Shown in pieces: positions 24,573 through 35,995 of a stretch of 64,000 bases of DNA. The position numbers and the translations under genes are program-made. Source of the stretch: Azolla caroliniana. Its lineage: Eukaryota; Plantae; Polypodiophyta. Where the stretch lies: assembly GCA_043228905.1 (NCBI GenBank), contig JBHGNT010000003.1, positions 19,902,001 through 19,966,000 on the forward strand, in the 5' to 3' direction. Under the pieces are notes generated by a model. It had not been told where the DNA came from and did not search any database. It was given only the letters and a program-made list of their open reading frames with translations. Position 1 is the stretch's first letter. Each line of letters begins with the position of its first letter.

Positions 24573-27500
24573 TTCTCTCTCTCTATTTCTGTTGTGCAAT
24601 GACCACCTATCTAGTTCTCTGAATCTTCACTGCATACACATATTATACATGTGTTTATTCATCCTAAAAGAAACATTAACAGTTTACCAATTACCTAAAA
24701 CTCAAGGATACAATCAAAAGATGAAATATTAAATGCAGTTACTATAACTATGTGCAATCTTACCCAATAGATTATTTCATAAAGGATATATTTTTTTTAA
24801 TTTCCTTTACCTTTACTAATGAATGCATCATTAGACTTATTTTCAAGACCACAATTCTCTGTACGAGATGCTAGCTCAGATTTGCATTTAGGGACTCTTA
24901 TACTTTTCAAAATCATCAACACAAAAAGAACCTAGAACAAGCCTCATGTGCCATTTGGTTTGGTATGAACACGGTTCACAACAAGGTTTATTAACCAACC
25001 TCTTGCATGGCCACATAACTATTACAGTTTGCACTATATTTCAGTTCTTTACAGTTTAATGATAATTTCTTTACCTGAGGAATCTTGCAAACCTCACCAT
25101 TGACTGTAACTCTAGCATCAAATATAATATCTTCACATGTGCGCCTTGATGCTACTGCAAAACAAATTTTCAGATAATATCAGCTAGAAGAATACTAAAA
25201 GCATGTTACAATGCTTTTTTACATTCATCTAGTGAAAGATATTTTATCATTATTTGCAAACATATATAATCTAAATAAGAGATATGTGTGTCTCATCATA
25301 GAGGCCCTGAGTTTTTGAACTGGAAGATAATAAGGATAAAATTGAATGATCATAGTAATTAGATAGAAATTAAATGATTAATTAGACAAAAACTAAACAA
25401 CAAACTCTCAATTATACTGTATATAGCTCATGATATTTAGAATGCTTACAATAATAGGGCTGGATTAAAAAAATTGATAACCTTGATAACCCTTGGGCCC
25501 CCAAACCAATATCCTCCTTTCATACATGATGCCCTGCTCAAATGTAGTTCATCATCCTTCAAGTCCCATCACTGATGCTCCCACTTGAAACTTTCACAGA
25601 AGATCATGGTCTGTCAATGGTGCACTCCACCCTATTATAAGTCGGGTAAGAACCCAGGAGGTCGATGGATTCTAACTTTCAATCATGATCCTACACGTGA
25701 TAGCTTTGTGCCATTAGCTTTTCAACCAAGAACAATGAGAAAATATGTCAATCAATGGTTCCTCATAATAAGTTAATTACTGTTGTGATACCGCTCATCG
25801 ATAGGGTACGACTAATTTGTCTCACAACAGTCTAAACCTAGCAGATGTTCTCTATTGGTGGGTGAACAATCCAACGCTTGCCAAATTTTTCTTTGCAATG
25901 ATAGGAAGAGCCAACATCAAAGAACCAAAAAGTAACACTGCTATGACACTTGGCTTCCACAAGTCAGTTATGCATATGTTAACTTTCCTAACACTCCTAC
26001 CATCAAATTCCAAAACTGCAATGAAATCATTTGAGCAGCCACATGCTTATGAGGCAAATCATCTGTAACTGGCCGTTCACATATGCTGAAAAATTTATGC
26101 ATGAAGGACAGAAGACCCATGACTGATGTTTTTCCCTAAATCACATGAAATCTTCTGGGTATAACGAGTTGACAAAAAAACATCAAAATTTTTCAAAATG
26201 GCAAGCCTACAGATACACTTCATCTATGCTAAAAAATGCTAAAATGGACAGGCTCAATGGCTAAAGAATGGATATATGCATTATAGCAGCACATTGAAAT
26301 CCTCAAAATCGGCAACATAAAAGGATCAAGATGCTATATAAAGGAGAAAATAGAAATCAGCCCACCAACTATCGCACGATAATGGTAAGATCTTGTATGG
26401 CTAAACTTATGAAGATCAACTCAATTAATGGGCTAAAAAACACAGCAAGAGAGTTGACAGCAAACAGGCTTCTGACCAAAACACGATACTATTGATCATC
26501 TTGATTGTCTACGAGTAGAAATGGAAGAGAGTTGGCTTATAGGCCAGCCATTGTATTGTTTCTTTGTAGATTTGGATAAGGCATTCGACAAAATTCAAAG
26601 GACAAAATTATAGGAAAGAACGAAAATTTTGGTAGTACCAACAGCTAAGTTATACAAACAGTAAGCTGAAGGTTGACGACAAACTGAGGCTTTCAAGAGC
26701 GATCATGAGCACATGGGAATGATATATAGATGCCCACTATATCTTACTCTATTTTTTCTATGTATTGATCAACGAGAAGATTTCATACCAGGAGCATTAG
26801 GAGAGAATGAGCATAAACCAGACATTAGGCGTTCCGCAGTATTGCTTCTGATTTATGCAGATAATATTGTACTTCTGACATATTAAAAGCTTTAGTGAAA
26901 AATCCATACTTTCAATAAACATCTTGACATAGCAGTCAATGTGGCTGAGAACAAAGCGATGATGCAGTTCATTGGTTCAAATACCTTGGATTTGACATAC
27001 CTGACCAGGACACTTGGAACAGGTGTCTAACTAAGAATGAGGGCTGGCACCCCCAATACTATGAATTTGAGCACATGTGCCAACAACCTAAAGATGGTAG
27101 ATTAGAATAAATTGAATGTGTATGTGGTGCAAACTCTGCTTTATGAAGCTATGGTTGAATTTTTTCAGCAACCTGAATGAATGAAATAGAGGAAATACAA
27201 AAGAAATTTCTATGCCATCATTTAGGGATTAAGAGCATAGTCTTGCACTCTGAAATGTTTACAGAAACTAGACGAAGGCCAACTAAGTTTATGTTCTTCA
27301 AAAATGATTTTACAAGTACATAATGGAAGTAAGGAAATTACAAGTCATCAGAAATTTGATGATTACAGCTAAAAAACTGAAAATTCGAATTTTTGTCATC
27401 CAGCTGGATTTAAGACATTTGGAAATGCTATGCAAGATGGCACACGGAAGAATATTTGGATGTGTATGTAAAGTAAAGAAAGGGAACATTGAAAGCAAAA

Positions 27501-28213
27501 AAGGATAATATTGGCTATATTCATTGATATAACAGAAACAGACGAATGTGTCACTTTGGAATGCCCCCACATATGAGGACATCAGGCATACAAGATTTCC
27601 AGCAAATTTGAACTACCTTTCAAAACCTTGTGACGAACAGAGAACCATCGCCAATGACACTAGGAATGGTATTTGTTTGTTTTCTACACATCAACATAAC
27701 CAACATAGAAAATTCGAACACTAAAGTCAGGAAACTGCGATGATTTCTGTTCCTGTGGATCTTAATATATCATTATAATCTCTCTCGTCGGAAGGCTGCA
27801 AAAAAGTATACACACATACCTCCAGCAGCTGCTAAAACCTTGCTAAGACGTTGAGGCTCCCTGAACGTTTCGTTGTAGAATCGGCGAGCAGCTTTAGAGA
27901 ATCTTGGAGCGGGAGAAGAAGGAGAAGTAGATTTCTTTCCATGGACAGCACGCTGTGCGGGAGAGAGTGTGGATGGGGTGTGGATCCTTTCCTGGCGACT
28001 GCTTGATGCTTTCTCGATGACAACTGCTCGCGATGATGATGTTGAGGACGACGAGGCGAGCAGAAGAGGGAAAAGACGAGAGGGTTTTGATTCGGAGACA
28101 GGGTGAGGAGCTGCCGCTGTGGCTGGCAGGCTGTGGCGGAAGGACGAAACGAAGCCCAGGTTTTCTGCAACAGCGCCAGGGAAGCGAGCTATGGCTATGG
28201 CTATGGCCACCAT
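17375..28213 (-). CDS. SVR1: Plastid rRNA pseudouridine synthase SVR1 (RsuA/RluB family with S4 domain), 10 coding exons
   Basis: Exons 28213-27820, 25154-25075, 23014-22914, 22806-22734, 22597-22504, 22411-22363, 21878-21725, 21645-21589, 18615-18560, 17453-17375 join in frame. Motifs RFSKAARRFYNE, QRLSKVLAAAGVASRR, LNKPKGYICS, RLFTVGRLDVATTGLLFVTNDG (catalytic Asp), EGRNHEVR, LKRVRIGG. Ser/Ala-rich, transit-peptide-like N-terminus. Confidence 0.93.
17985..18080. repeat. About 38-bp tandem repeat (2.5 copies)
   Basis: TTCATTTGTCAG(G/A)AGA.TAAAATTGTGGAAA recurs in the last SVR1 intron. Confidence 0.7.
19298..19907. mobile_element. Possible solo LTR in SVR1 intron 8
   Basis: About 600-bp block starting TGTAT and ending TGCTACA, followed by TGTAT. 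The left terminus is imperfect. Confidence 0.3.
23700..23766 (+). repeat. (CT)n microsatellite
   Basis: Direct read. Confidence 0.95.
23767..24505 (+). mobile_element. 5'-truncated LINE 3' end (ORF2 C-terminal Cys/His motif plus 3' UTR)
   Basis: RYAQIPPEERICQLCHHGVESEE motif typical of LINE ORF2 C-termini; bounded on both sides by (CT)n tracts. Confidence 0.65.
24506..24585 (+). repeat. (CT)n microsatellite, probable LINE tail
   Basis: Direct read. Confidence 0.9.
25492..26016 (-). pseudogene. Degenerate, rearranged 25S/26S rRNA fragments
   Basis: The plus strand matches antisense LSU rRNA from memory: TATTGGTGGGTGAACAATCCAAC, AATGATAGGAAGAGCC.ACATC.AAG, GCTTTTCAACCAAG (3' domains V-VI, about 25665-26016) and TAGTTCA.CATC.TTC..GTCCC...CAGAAGATCA.GGTC (domain II, about 25492-25632). 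Many C>T and G>A changes. Confidence 0.85.
26200..27620 (+). mobile_element. Degenerate LINE reverse transcriptase region in SVR1 intron 1
   Basis: Frameshifted RT motifs QTGF..., LYCFFVDLDKAFD, CPL, LLIYADNIVLL. Confidence 0.75.
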
Positions 28214-28299
28214 GATCACACCCTCATGAAGAAGAAGAAGAAAGAAGAAGAAAGAAGAAGAGCAGCTACACATAACACACATTCATGCCCTTCTGTTGT

Positions 28300-28812
28300 T
28301 TTTCTGTGGGTAGGGGCTCGGGTTGGGTCAAGATCAAGGTCAAGGTCAAGGTCAAGTCCCGTTTGGGCTTGGGGTAGCATTTGTGACTATGGTCATGGCC
28401 ATGGTAAAGCTGAAGCTCAGGTTCGGGTTCGGGCTGAGGTCGGGGTTGCATTTTTGTCTATGGTCAAGGTCAAGGTGTATGGTTGGGTAGGGGTTGGGGT
28501 TGGGGTTGGGGTTGGGTCATGGTCATGGTCATGGTCATGGACAAGCTGAAGCTCCAGTTTGGGCTCAGGGTTGCGTTTGTGTCTATGGTCATGGTCATCA
28601 TAAAGCTGAAAGCTCGGGTTCGGGCTAGGGCTGGGATTGAGGTCGGGGTTGCATTTGTGTCTATGGTCATGCTCACGATCATGGGGAAGTTGAAGCTCGG
28701 GTTGAGGTTGGGTTTTTTTTGTGTCTATGGTCATGGTCATGGTCATGGTAAAGTTAAAGCTTTGGTTCGGGCTAGGGCTGGGATTGAGGTCGGGGTTGCA
28801 TTTGTGTCTACG
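28300..28812. repeat. Compound G-rich minisatellite upstream of SVR1
   Basis: About 6 units with core GGGGTTGCATTTGTGTCTATGGTCATG...AAGCT, carrying nested (GGTCAT)n and (GGGGTT)n hexamer expansions. Confidence 0.85.
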
Positions 28813-29179
28813 TCATCTACTCAACATAGGCTTCATGTGCGGACATGATCGTAAGGGATGAGTGAACAACACCTTTTGCACTAATGGAGACTTATGAGAG
28901 TCGACTTTCAAGTAACTTCCCAATACCATCAATTTCATAATTGTAGACTGGGGTTGTTGACTTTACAGTTGATTGAAGCCCCATAACGTCGAGTTGCATG
29001 TGGACTTTTGATCACTTGACATTAAGCATGATTGGAAGAATGACAAAATCAAGTTCAAGAAGGATCGAAAACACAAGTGTCTTTATCAAGGACCACATTG
29101 TGTTAAATGAGCACCCATTACATACCAAGGGTACCTACATGCTACTATATCTCATGGATCATGACGTAGAACAATTATC

Positions 29180-29390
29180 GATGAATAATCCATGTTTGAC
29201 GCTAACATTCTTTAAACTAGAGGACATTGGTTGCATTAACCAAGTTAGAGGTGCCAATGGCATTGAAAGAACGTATGATCAATTGTTGATGAATAATCCA
29301 TGTTTGACGTTAACATTCTTAAAATTAATGGACATTGGTTGCATTAACCAAGTTAGAGGTGGCAATGGCATTAAAAGAACACATGACATT
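29180..29390. repeat. About 108-bp tandem duplication
   Basis: GATGAATAATCCATGTTTGACG...GGTTGCATTAACCAAGTTAGAGGT occurs at about 29180 and 29288. Confidence 0.85.
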
Positions 29391-29582
29391 AGCTTTACCA
29401 TGTAATGATGTTTTTTTGGGAAAACGACATTTGCATTAGGCTTTAAGAAGAAATTTGCATGTCAATCAAAGCGTGTGAGTTGAGACAAAGGAAGTTATTG
29501 TAGGATAGATAAAGGATAAGCATGCCAATCACACACAAAGAGTTGGACATTAAGTGTTCATTGTAGATGGGTAGGAAGGGAA

Positions 29583-29613
<31 letters not shown>

Positions 29614-29892
29614 GTTGGGGAAATGGCAACTACCACAATCGATTCAAACTTTGATTGTCCATCCACCAAGTATGCATATAAAAAGGACGACATATCATAT
29701 TAGGACAAAGACATCGAGGGAGGCGGGGACACAAAGGTGATGATGACTATAGAGCAAGGTGAATCTAGCTGGTGTGGTTACGAGTGTTGGTCTACGAGAC
29801 ATGAGGGAGGGTTTCGAGATGTATTGATGTCTCGAAGTTACACACATGCTTATGAAATCTAAATGGGACCACTTGTTAGAGTGATTATCTAA

Positions 29893-32800
29893 TGTAAGCA
29901 TATGATAAGGATATAATATATATGAAATAAGAAAGGAGAGAGAGAAAGAAAGGTGTCGATCCACCCGACCATCCCCGAGCAAAGGGATAGAGATGGACTC
30001 AAGCCTCGATCGGCGTCCCATACCACCATCAAGGCGTTGAGTCATACCTAGTGTTGGCACGCTTGCTACAAGAGGTGACCCACCACGGAACAGAGTCTCG
30101 ACGTAGTCAAGAGATGATCAAATGAGGCTAGCTAGGTCTCATATTTATAGCCAGACCTAAGGCCCTCATGCAAGTTCACACTTGGCCTAATGGGTTGTCT
30201 CAATCTTGAGGATTAAAAGTAATCCTCCCCTTCTTTACACTCTTGTTTAACCCTCACACTTTATCCACATGTATAGAATATTATGGTAAATTCTCACCAT
30301 GAGATATTATATGGTCATGCCCGTAACATACCCCTCTTTAAAGCATTGCACTCTTGCAATGGAAAGTTGGGGAAGTTAGTTCTAAGAGTATTTTCGTGTT
30401 CCCATATGGCATCTTTGATAGATTTATCCATCCATTTTATTTTAACTTCTTGGACTATTTTAGTACGCAGATTTTTTGTTTTAACATCGAGAATTGTTTT
30501 TGGTACATGTGGTTTAGAAGATAATTCTTTAGAAGTAACCATAGTTTCAATTGTAACTGTATTGTCACCAGAACCTAGAAGTTCTTTTAGACGACTTACA
30601 TGAAAAACTACATGAATTTCAACGCCATTGGGAAGAGCGAGACGATAGGCTGATGAACCAATGCATTTGAGGACTTGAAAAGGTCCACAAAACAGTGGGG
30701 CTAACTTAGCGCACTTACCCGTAGACAAAGTCTTAAAATTGTGAGCTACACGTAAAAATACCTTCTGTCCAAGGTTGAATACATGAGGTTGCCTATTATG
30801 ATCGGCATAAAAACACGCTCTATCTTGAGCAGTTTTTATATTATCTCGTGCAATATGCAACATATCTTGCATATCCTGAAGAAAGTTTTGCATACTTCAC
30901 TCATCATGATGTATATTAACATCAATCGGGCTCGTGGCTGAAAACCACACATCAACATAAAAGGACTATACCCTGTTGACGTATGCTTGGAGCTGTTATA
31001 AGCAAACTCCAAATTTGGGAGATTACGTTCCCATTTTGTTGGTTTTGCACCAACATATGCTCGAAGCATGTCCTCAATAATTTGATTTACTCGTTTTGTT
31101 TGTCCATAAGATTGAGGATGATCAGTGGAGCTCATGCTCAACGTAGTTTCTAATTTCTCAATGACTTGTGTCCAGAAGTCACTAGTAAACTTTGGATCTC
31201 GATCACTCACGATATCAATCGGTAACCCATAAAAACGAAATAACTCGTCAACGAATTGGTGAGCATATTCAGGAGATGTTACCGTGGTTTTATTAGCAAT
31301 AAATATGGCTATTTTAGTTAGTCTATCAACCACAACCCAGATGGCATCATGGCATTTTTGGGTGCGAGGAAGGCTAACAATAAAATCCACGACTTTTCCA
31401 CTTATTATTGGGAATGTCCAAGGGATGTAAAAGTCATGCGGCTTTAAGTCGCTCAACTTTGTTAACTTGACATTGGTGACATTTAGTCACATAGTTATGT
31501 ATGTCAGGATGCATCTTAGGCCAATAGAATTGAGTGGAGATGAGAACGAGTGTACGATGTATTCTTGGGTGCCCCTGTTGAGGGTGCATCATGGCATTAA
31601 AAAAGAATTCTCTTTTTGACCTCAGGTAAATTTGGAACATAGACCTTCCCATTACAGTAGAGCAGACCATTAGCAATGTGGAAGGATTCCTTCGAGGATG
31701 TGGTGGTGTCTGTTCCAGACTCAATTCTTGCCCAATATTTCACAAAATAACTATGATTAGGATACTTTCCTCGAAGGTGATCATAAAGATCTGATGTTAT
31801 TTCAGCGAAGCTAAGCATGTTAACTTCATGGATGTGACTTAGTGCATCAACGACAGTGGTCATGGAACCTTTACGATATCGTATGGAAAAATCAAAGTTC
31901 TGGATGAGATCAGCCCATCGTGCCTTACGACCTTTCCGTTATTGTTGGTCACAAAAATATTTCAAGGACTCGTGGTCTGTAGTTACCATAAAACGATTTC
32001 CATAAAGGTAATGGCGCCATGTTTTGAGCGCATGTATAACTGCAAATAATTCATTTTCTTGAACGGTATACCGACATTGAGCAGAATCAAGTTTCTTACT
32101 CTCGAATGCTATTGGTTTACCATCTTGATATAAGACAACACCTATAGCATAATCGCTTGCATCGGTTTCAACCTCAAGAGGTTTTGAAGGTCGGGTAAAA
32201 GAAGCGAAAGAGTCTTGCACACCAGGTCCTTGAGTTCCTTAAAGGCGAGGTCTAGTGTAGCATTCCACACAATAGGTTTTGTAGACTTACGTGTTTGACT
32301 GTTTAGAAAATCAATAAATGGCGTCGTCAATTGGGAGTAATTACGAAGGGATTTTTGCAAAAACTCGACAAAACCAAGGAATGATCGAACTTCTCGAATA
32401 TTCCGAAGAGTGGACCAAAGTTTGACTTTCTCGATGCGAGAAGGATCAATTTCAACTCCTCGTTCGGTTATAAGATGTCCAAGTTAAGTAATTGATTTCT
32501 TGAAGAACTCGCATTTTGAGATCTTCGCGTAGAATTAATTGTCGCGTAATGTTTGTAAAACAAAGCGAGCATGTTTAGCATGTTCTTCTAATGTATGACT
32601 ATAAACTAGAATATCATCCAAGAAAATAACGACAAATTTTCCAAGTTGTTCTCGGAAAATGTCATTCATTTCTTGTTGAAATGTGATCAGAACATTGGTC
32701 AAACCAAAATGCATAATCAAAAACTCATAATGGCCATAGCGCATACGAAATGTTGTTTTAGGAACATCGTCCTCACTTATACTAATTTGATGGTAGCCCG

Positions 32801-33260
32801 TACGGAGATTAAGTTTCGTAAAATACTGAGCTCCCTGGAGACGGTGAATTACATTGTCAACCCGGGGCAATGGATATGAATTCTTGATCGTCACTTTATT
32901 CAGGTGTCAATAATTAATACACATACGCCATGTGCCCTCTTTCTTTTTTACCAAGAGAACATGTGCATCCCATGGAGATTTACTATAACGTATATAACCC
33001 ATTTGTAAATAGTCCTTGAGTTGCTTAGATATCTCATCCTCTTCGGATCAACTTAAGTGATAAGGAGGTATACATATTCGTGCAACACCAGGTACAATAT
33101 CCATACGATGGTCTATATTACGTTTAGGAGGTAACCCATGAGGATTAAAAGTAATCCTCCCCTTCTTTACACTATTGTTTAACCGTCACACTTTATCCAC
33201 GTGTATAGAATACTACGGTAAATTCGCACCACGGGATATTATATGTTCATGCCCATAACA
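29893..33260 (-). mobile_element. Internally deleted, pseudogenised Ty3/gypsy chromovirus
   Basis: Minus-strand RT ([24 protein letters not shown]), RNaseH (ETDASDYAIG), integrase (WVVVDRLTK, IVSDRDPKF) and C-terminal chromodomain (PKTILD...KIKW...AIWEHE). PPT AAAGAGGGGTA before the 3' LTR (30328-29893). Only about 120 bp of the 5' LTR remain (33260-33140). Confidence 0.9.
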
Positions 33261-33569
33261 CCACTAGGGACTTGAACCAAAGGGGATGGGTTTACTCGAG
33301 TTTCCAAATGCGATGAGTTGAAGGCTCCTTAGACTCAGAACCTTGTCGGACTCGAAGGCTCCTTAGAGTCGAAGGTTCTTCAAAGTCAAAACACTCTCTA
33401 GAGTCTTCAACACACACACATACATATATGTCTAGAGGGGTCTTCAAATGCTATCTACATTTAGACACACACACACACATACAAATATAGTCTTCAAACA
33501 CTACCCACATTGGACATACATATACATACATGGTGTAGCCAAAGTCTTCAAACACTACCCATATTTTTA

Positions 33570-34330
33570 AAAGAAGAACAAATCCTTTCATTAATATAAC
33601 AATTTACAAGATTTCAAACTCTATGTGATCAGCGGAGGAAACAAACACTTTGGAGGTGGAAAGTGCCAAAAAGGATTGCCATTCTTGGAGGTCATGAATG
33701 GACTACTTGTCCACACTAGAAGAAACTCATGACATTGAGCAATTTTAGCATAAGAATCTCCAACCATACCATCCCATTGATCTTTAAAAGTATGAACCAT
33801 GTCTAACCAAATATTTGTAACCAATTCAGTTGGTGACACTTTAACTTGATGGAAAACGAGAGAACACTGAGCCTTCCAGATATTATATACAACTGTATAA
33901 CTTAGTATCTCCCATACCGGTTAGATCTCCTTCCTTATTCCTGAAAACTATAGAGACAGTAATGGTAGTGCACGAACACTTCCAGATTTAGTGTAAAACC
34001 CATGGTCCATATATTCAACATCGTAATGGAAAGCATAACGGACAAGTGACGTCCAAACCACCATGCCCCATGTGAAAACCAATTGGGGGGGGGGGGGAAT
34101 AGTTCTAAAAAATTCTAAGGAGGCGTTGCCATACCAATTGAGACTCAATGCATGCCCTTAAAAAATGTTTTTTTGGGTTTCAGATAGCGGCCACAACCAG
34201 AAGATACGCCCATCATGTGCTAACCATAAGCCAACATGCTCGATGTACAAGTAACCATTGTACATTGCAATGCAGCATTTTGTTGTGGTAGTTTTCTTGC
34301 TCATAGGTTAGCTTGAAATTCTGCAAGGAA
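33570..34330 (-). mobile_element. Decayed L1-like LINE ORF2 3' fragment
   Basis: Trp-rich C-terminal ORF2-like remnants (WEILSYTVVYNIWKA.C..VF, PTELVTNIWLDMVHT). Confidence 0.5.
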
Positions 34331-34443
34331 CTTGGGAGTAATACCTTGCTCATTCTAATTAGCAATGTGCCTGGTTTCGGCCAAACTAAACCGAGCCGTT
34401 AAGCCATGGTTTAAAGGTTTAGAAGTTCCAAAATAATTAGATG

Positions 34444-34693
34444 CATAATACATAAAATTCGTGTTCATTTGGCATAACATTCGTTTTCCTACGTTGGAAA
34501 ACGAATGCGAATGTTATTCAAACATTCGTGTGTTTTTATTTTTTTGTTTTTTTCCCATTTCTTTAATGTTTTCTTTTCCTTTTTTAGGCTTATTTACCTC
34601 ATAATAAATAGTTAATCCAAACGTATCGTATTTTAGCATTCGTTGTTTTTTGAAACATTCGCGAATGCGAATCTACGTATAGTTCATACTATG
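34444..34693. mobile_element. Non-autonomous hAT-type MITE
   Basis: 8-bp direct repeat ATTAGATG at 34436-34443 and 34694-34701; imperfect CATA..TA termini; subterminal CATTCG/CGAATG motifs. Confidence 0.7.
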
Positions 34694-34913
34694 ATTAGAT
34701 GGTTTGGTTTGGTTTTAATGATTAATAAACGGTTCGGTTTTGGTTCTGAAACTGGGGTTGATCGGTTTATAGGTTTACGCGGTTCCAATATTGAAATGGA
34801 GACCACTTACACACACACACACAGACAGAAACAGGTATATAAATAATGATGCCAGACGAAGAAGAAGAAGAAGAAAGAAGAAAGAAAGAAAGAAAGAAGA
34901 AAAACAGAGAGCC

Positions 34914-35995
34914 ATGGCGGATCGTCCCCATGTTCGCTACTCTGCTCTCTCCACGGAGCAGGTGCAACAGCCACAGCCGCAAGGAAGAGAACAGGAGAGA
35001 GTAAAACAGAGAGATCGAGCCCGTCGCCGGCCGGCTTCATCATCATCATCGACGACGACAGAGGATCTGCGGTACGAGTATGACCCGTTCAATCGAGTAC
35101 CATGGAAATCTATCTTCCTCGCGCTCTTCTTGCTCTCCTTTGGAACCCTCTGCCTCCTCCTCTCTTACCTTATCTTCGTCGGCCACATGGGCGGTGATTC
35201 CTCCCAAGTCTATGGATTCCTCACCATTGGTATTCTTCTCTTTCTTCCAGGTATTTCCTCCTCCTCCTCTCTCTCGCTATGCTATACTCAAATTTTTTAG
35301 GAGAATAGTTCCTGTTACATATAACACCCATCACGCTGTTATCCTGTCCTAGGATCTCTGCTTGCAAAGATGTTAAATGATCTTTACTTCAGCATTGTCT
35401 AATCGTTTGCTATGTTCTGTCTATTCCTGAGAAACACCCACCCACCCACCCATGATACCCAGTTCCCATAATGCAAGGATCATGCTCGTGTGTGTGTGTC
35501 TCTCTCTCTCTAAAATTCTCTTTTTTGCATCTATCTTTGAAGAATGGCATGCTACTTGGGTAGCTAACACCGGAAAATATTGTGGGCATTGGAAATTGTA
35601 ATCTTGAGAGGATTTTACATCTGTGCTATTTAAACTAAACATGTAAGTTTGATAACCTGTTTTTGCGTGTGTTCTATAACTTTGATAATTCTCCTAGTTG
35701 ATGTCATCTAGATGGGTTTCTATATTCTGGATTTGTGTTTATGAATCTTGATCTTTATTGTGTGTGTTACACACTCACGCAAGCTCCACAACCAACCTTT
35801 TGGGCACACACTTTGATTATGGATTTTCATTTCAACTTTATGTGTCTTCCAAGAGTATTGATGCACATAAATGTAGAATCATCAATTTGTTGATTGGAAT
35901 CATTTACTTTGACAGGATTCTACGAGACCAGAATTGCTTATTATGCAATGCGAGGTGCCAAAGGCTATTCCTTCTCACAAATACCTGAGTATTAA
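34914..35995 (+). CDS. TMEM230: TMEM230/TMEM134-family (DUF872) membrane protein, 2 exons
   Basis: Exons 34914-35250 and 35916-35995. RVPWKSIFLALFLL, two transmembrane segments, LLFLPG|FYETRIAYYAMRGAKGYSFSQIPEY*. Confidence 0.88.

Noticed and set aside
25492-26016. Functional rRNA gene
   Set aside because: Short, out-of-order fragments with many substitutions at conserved positions; no 18S, 5.8S or ITS context.
28103-28848. Several overlapping ORFs on both strands
   Set aside because: Artefacts of hexamer repeats that lack stop codons; low-complexity translations.
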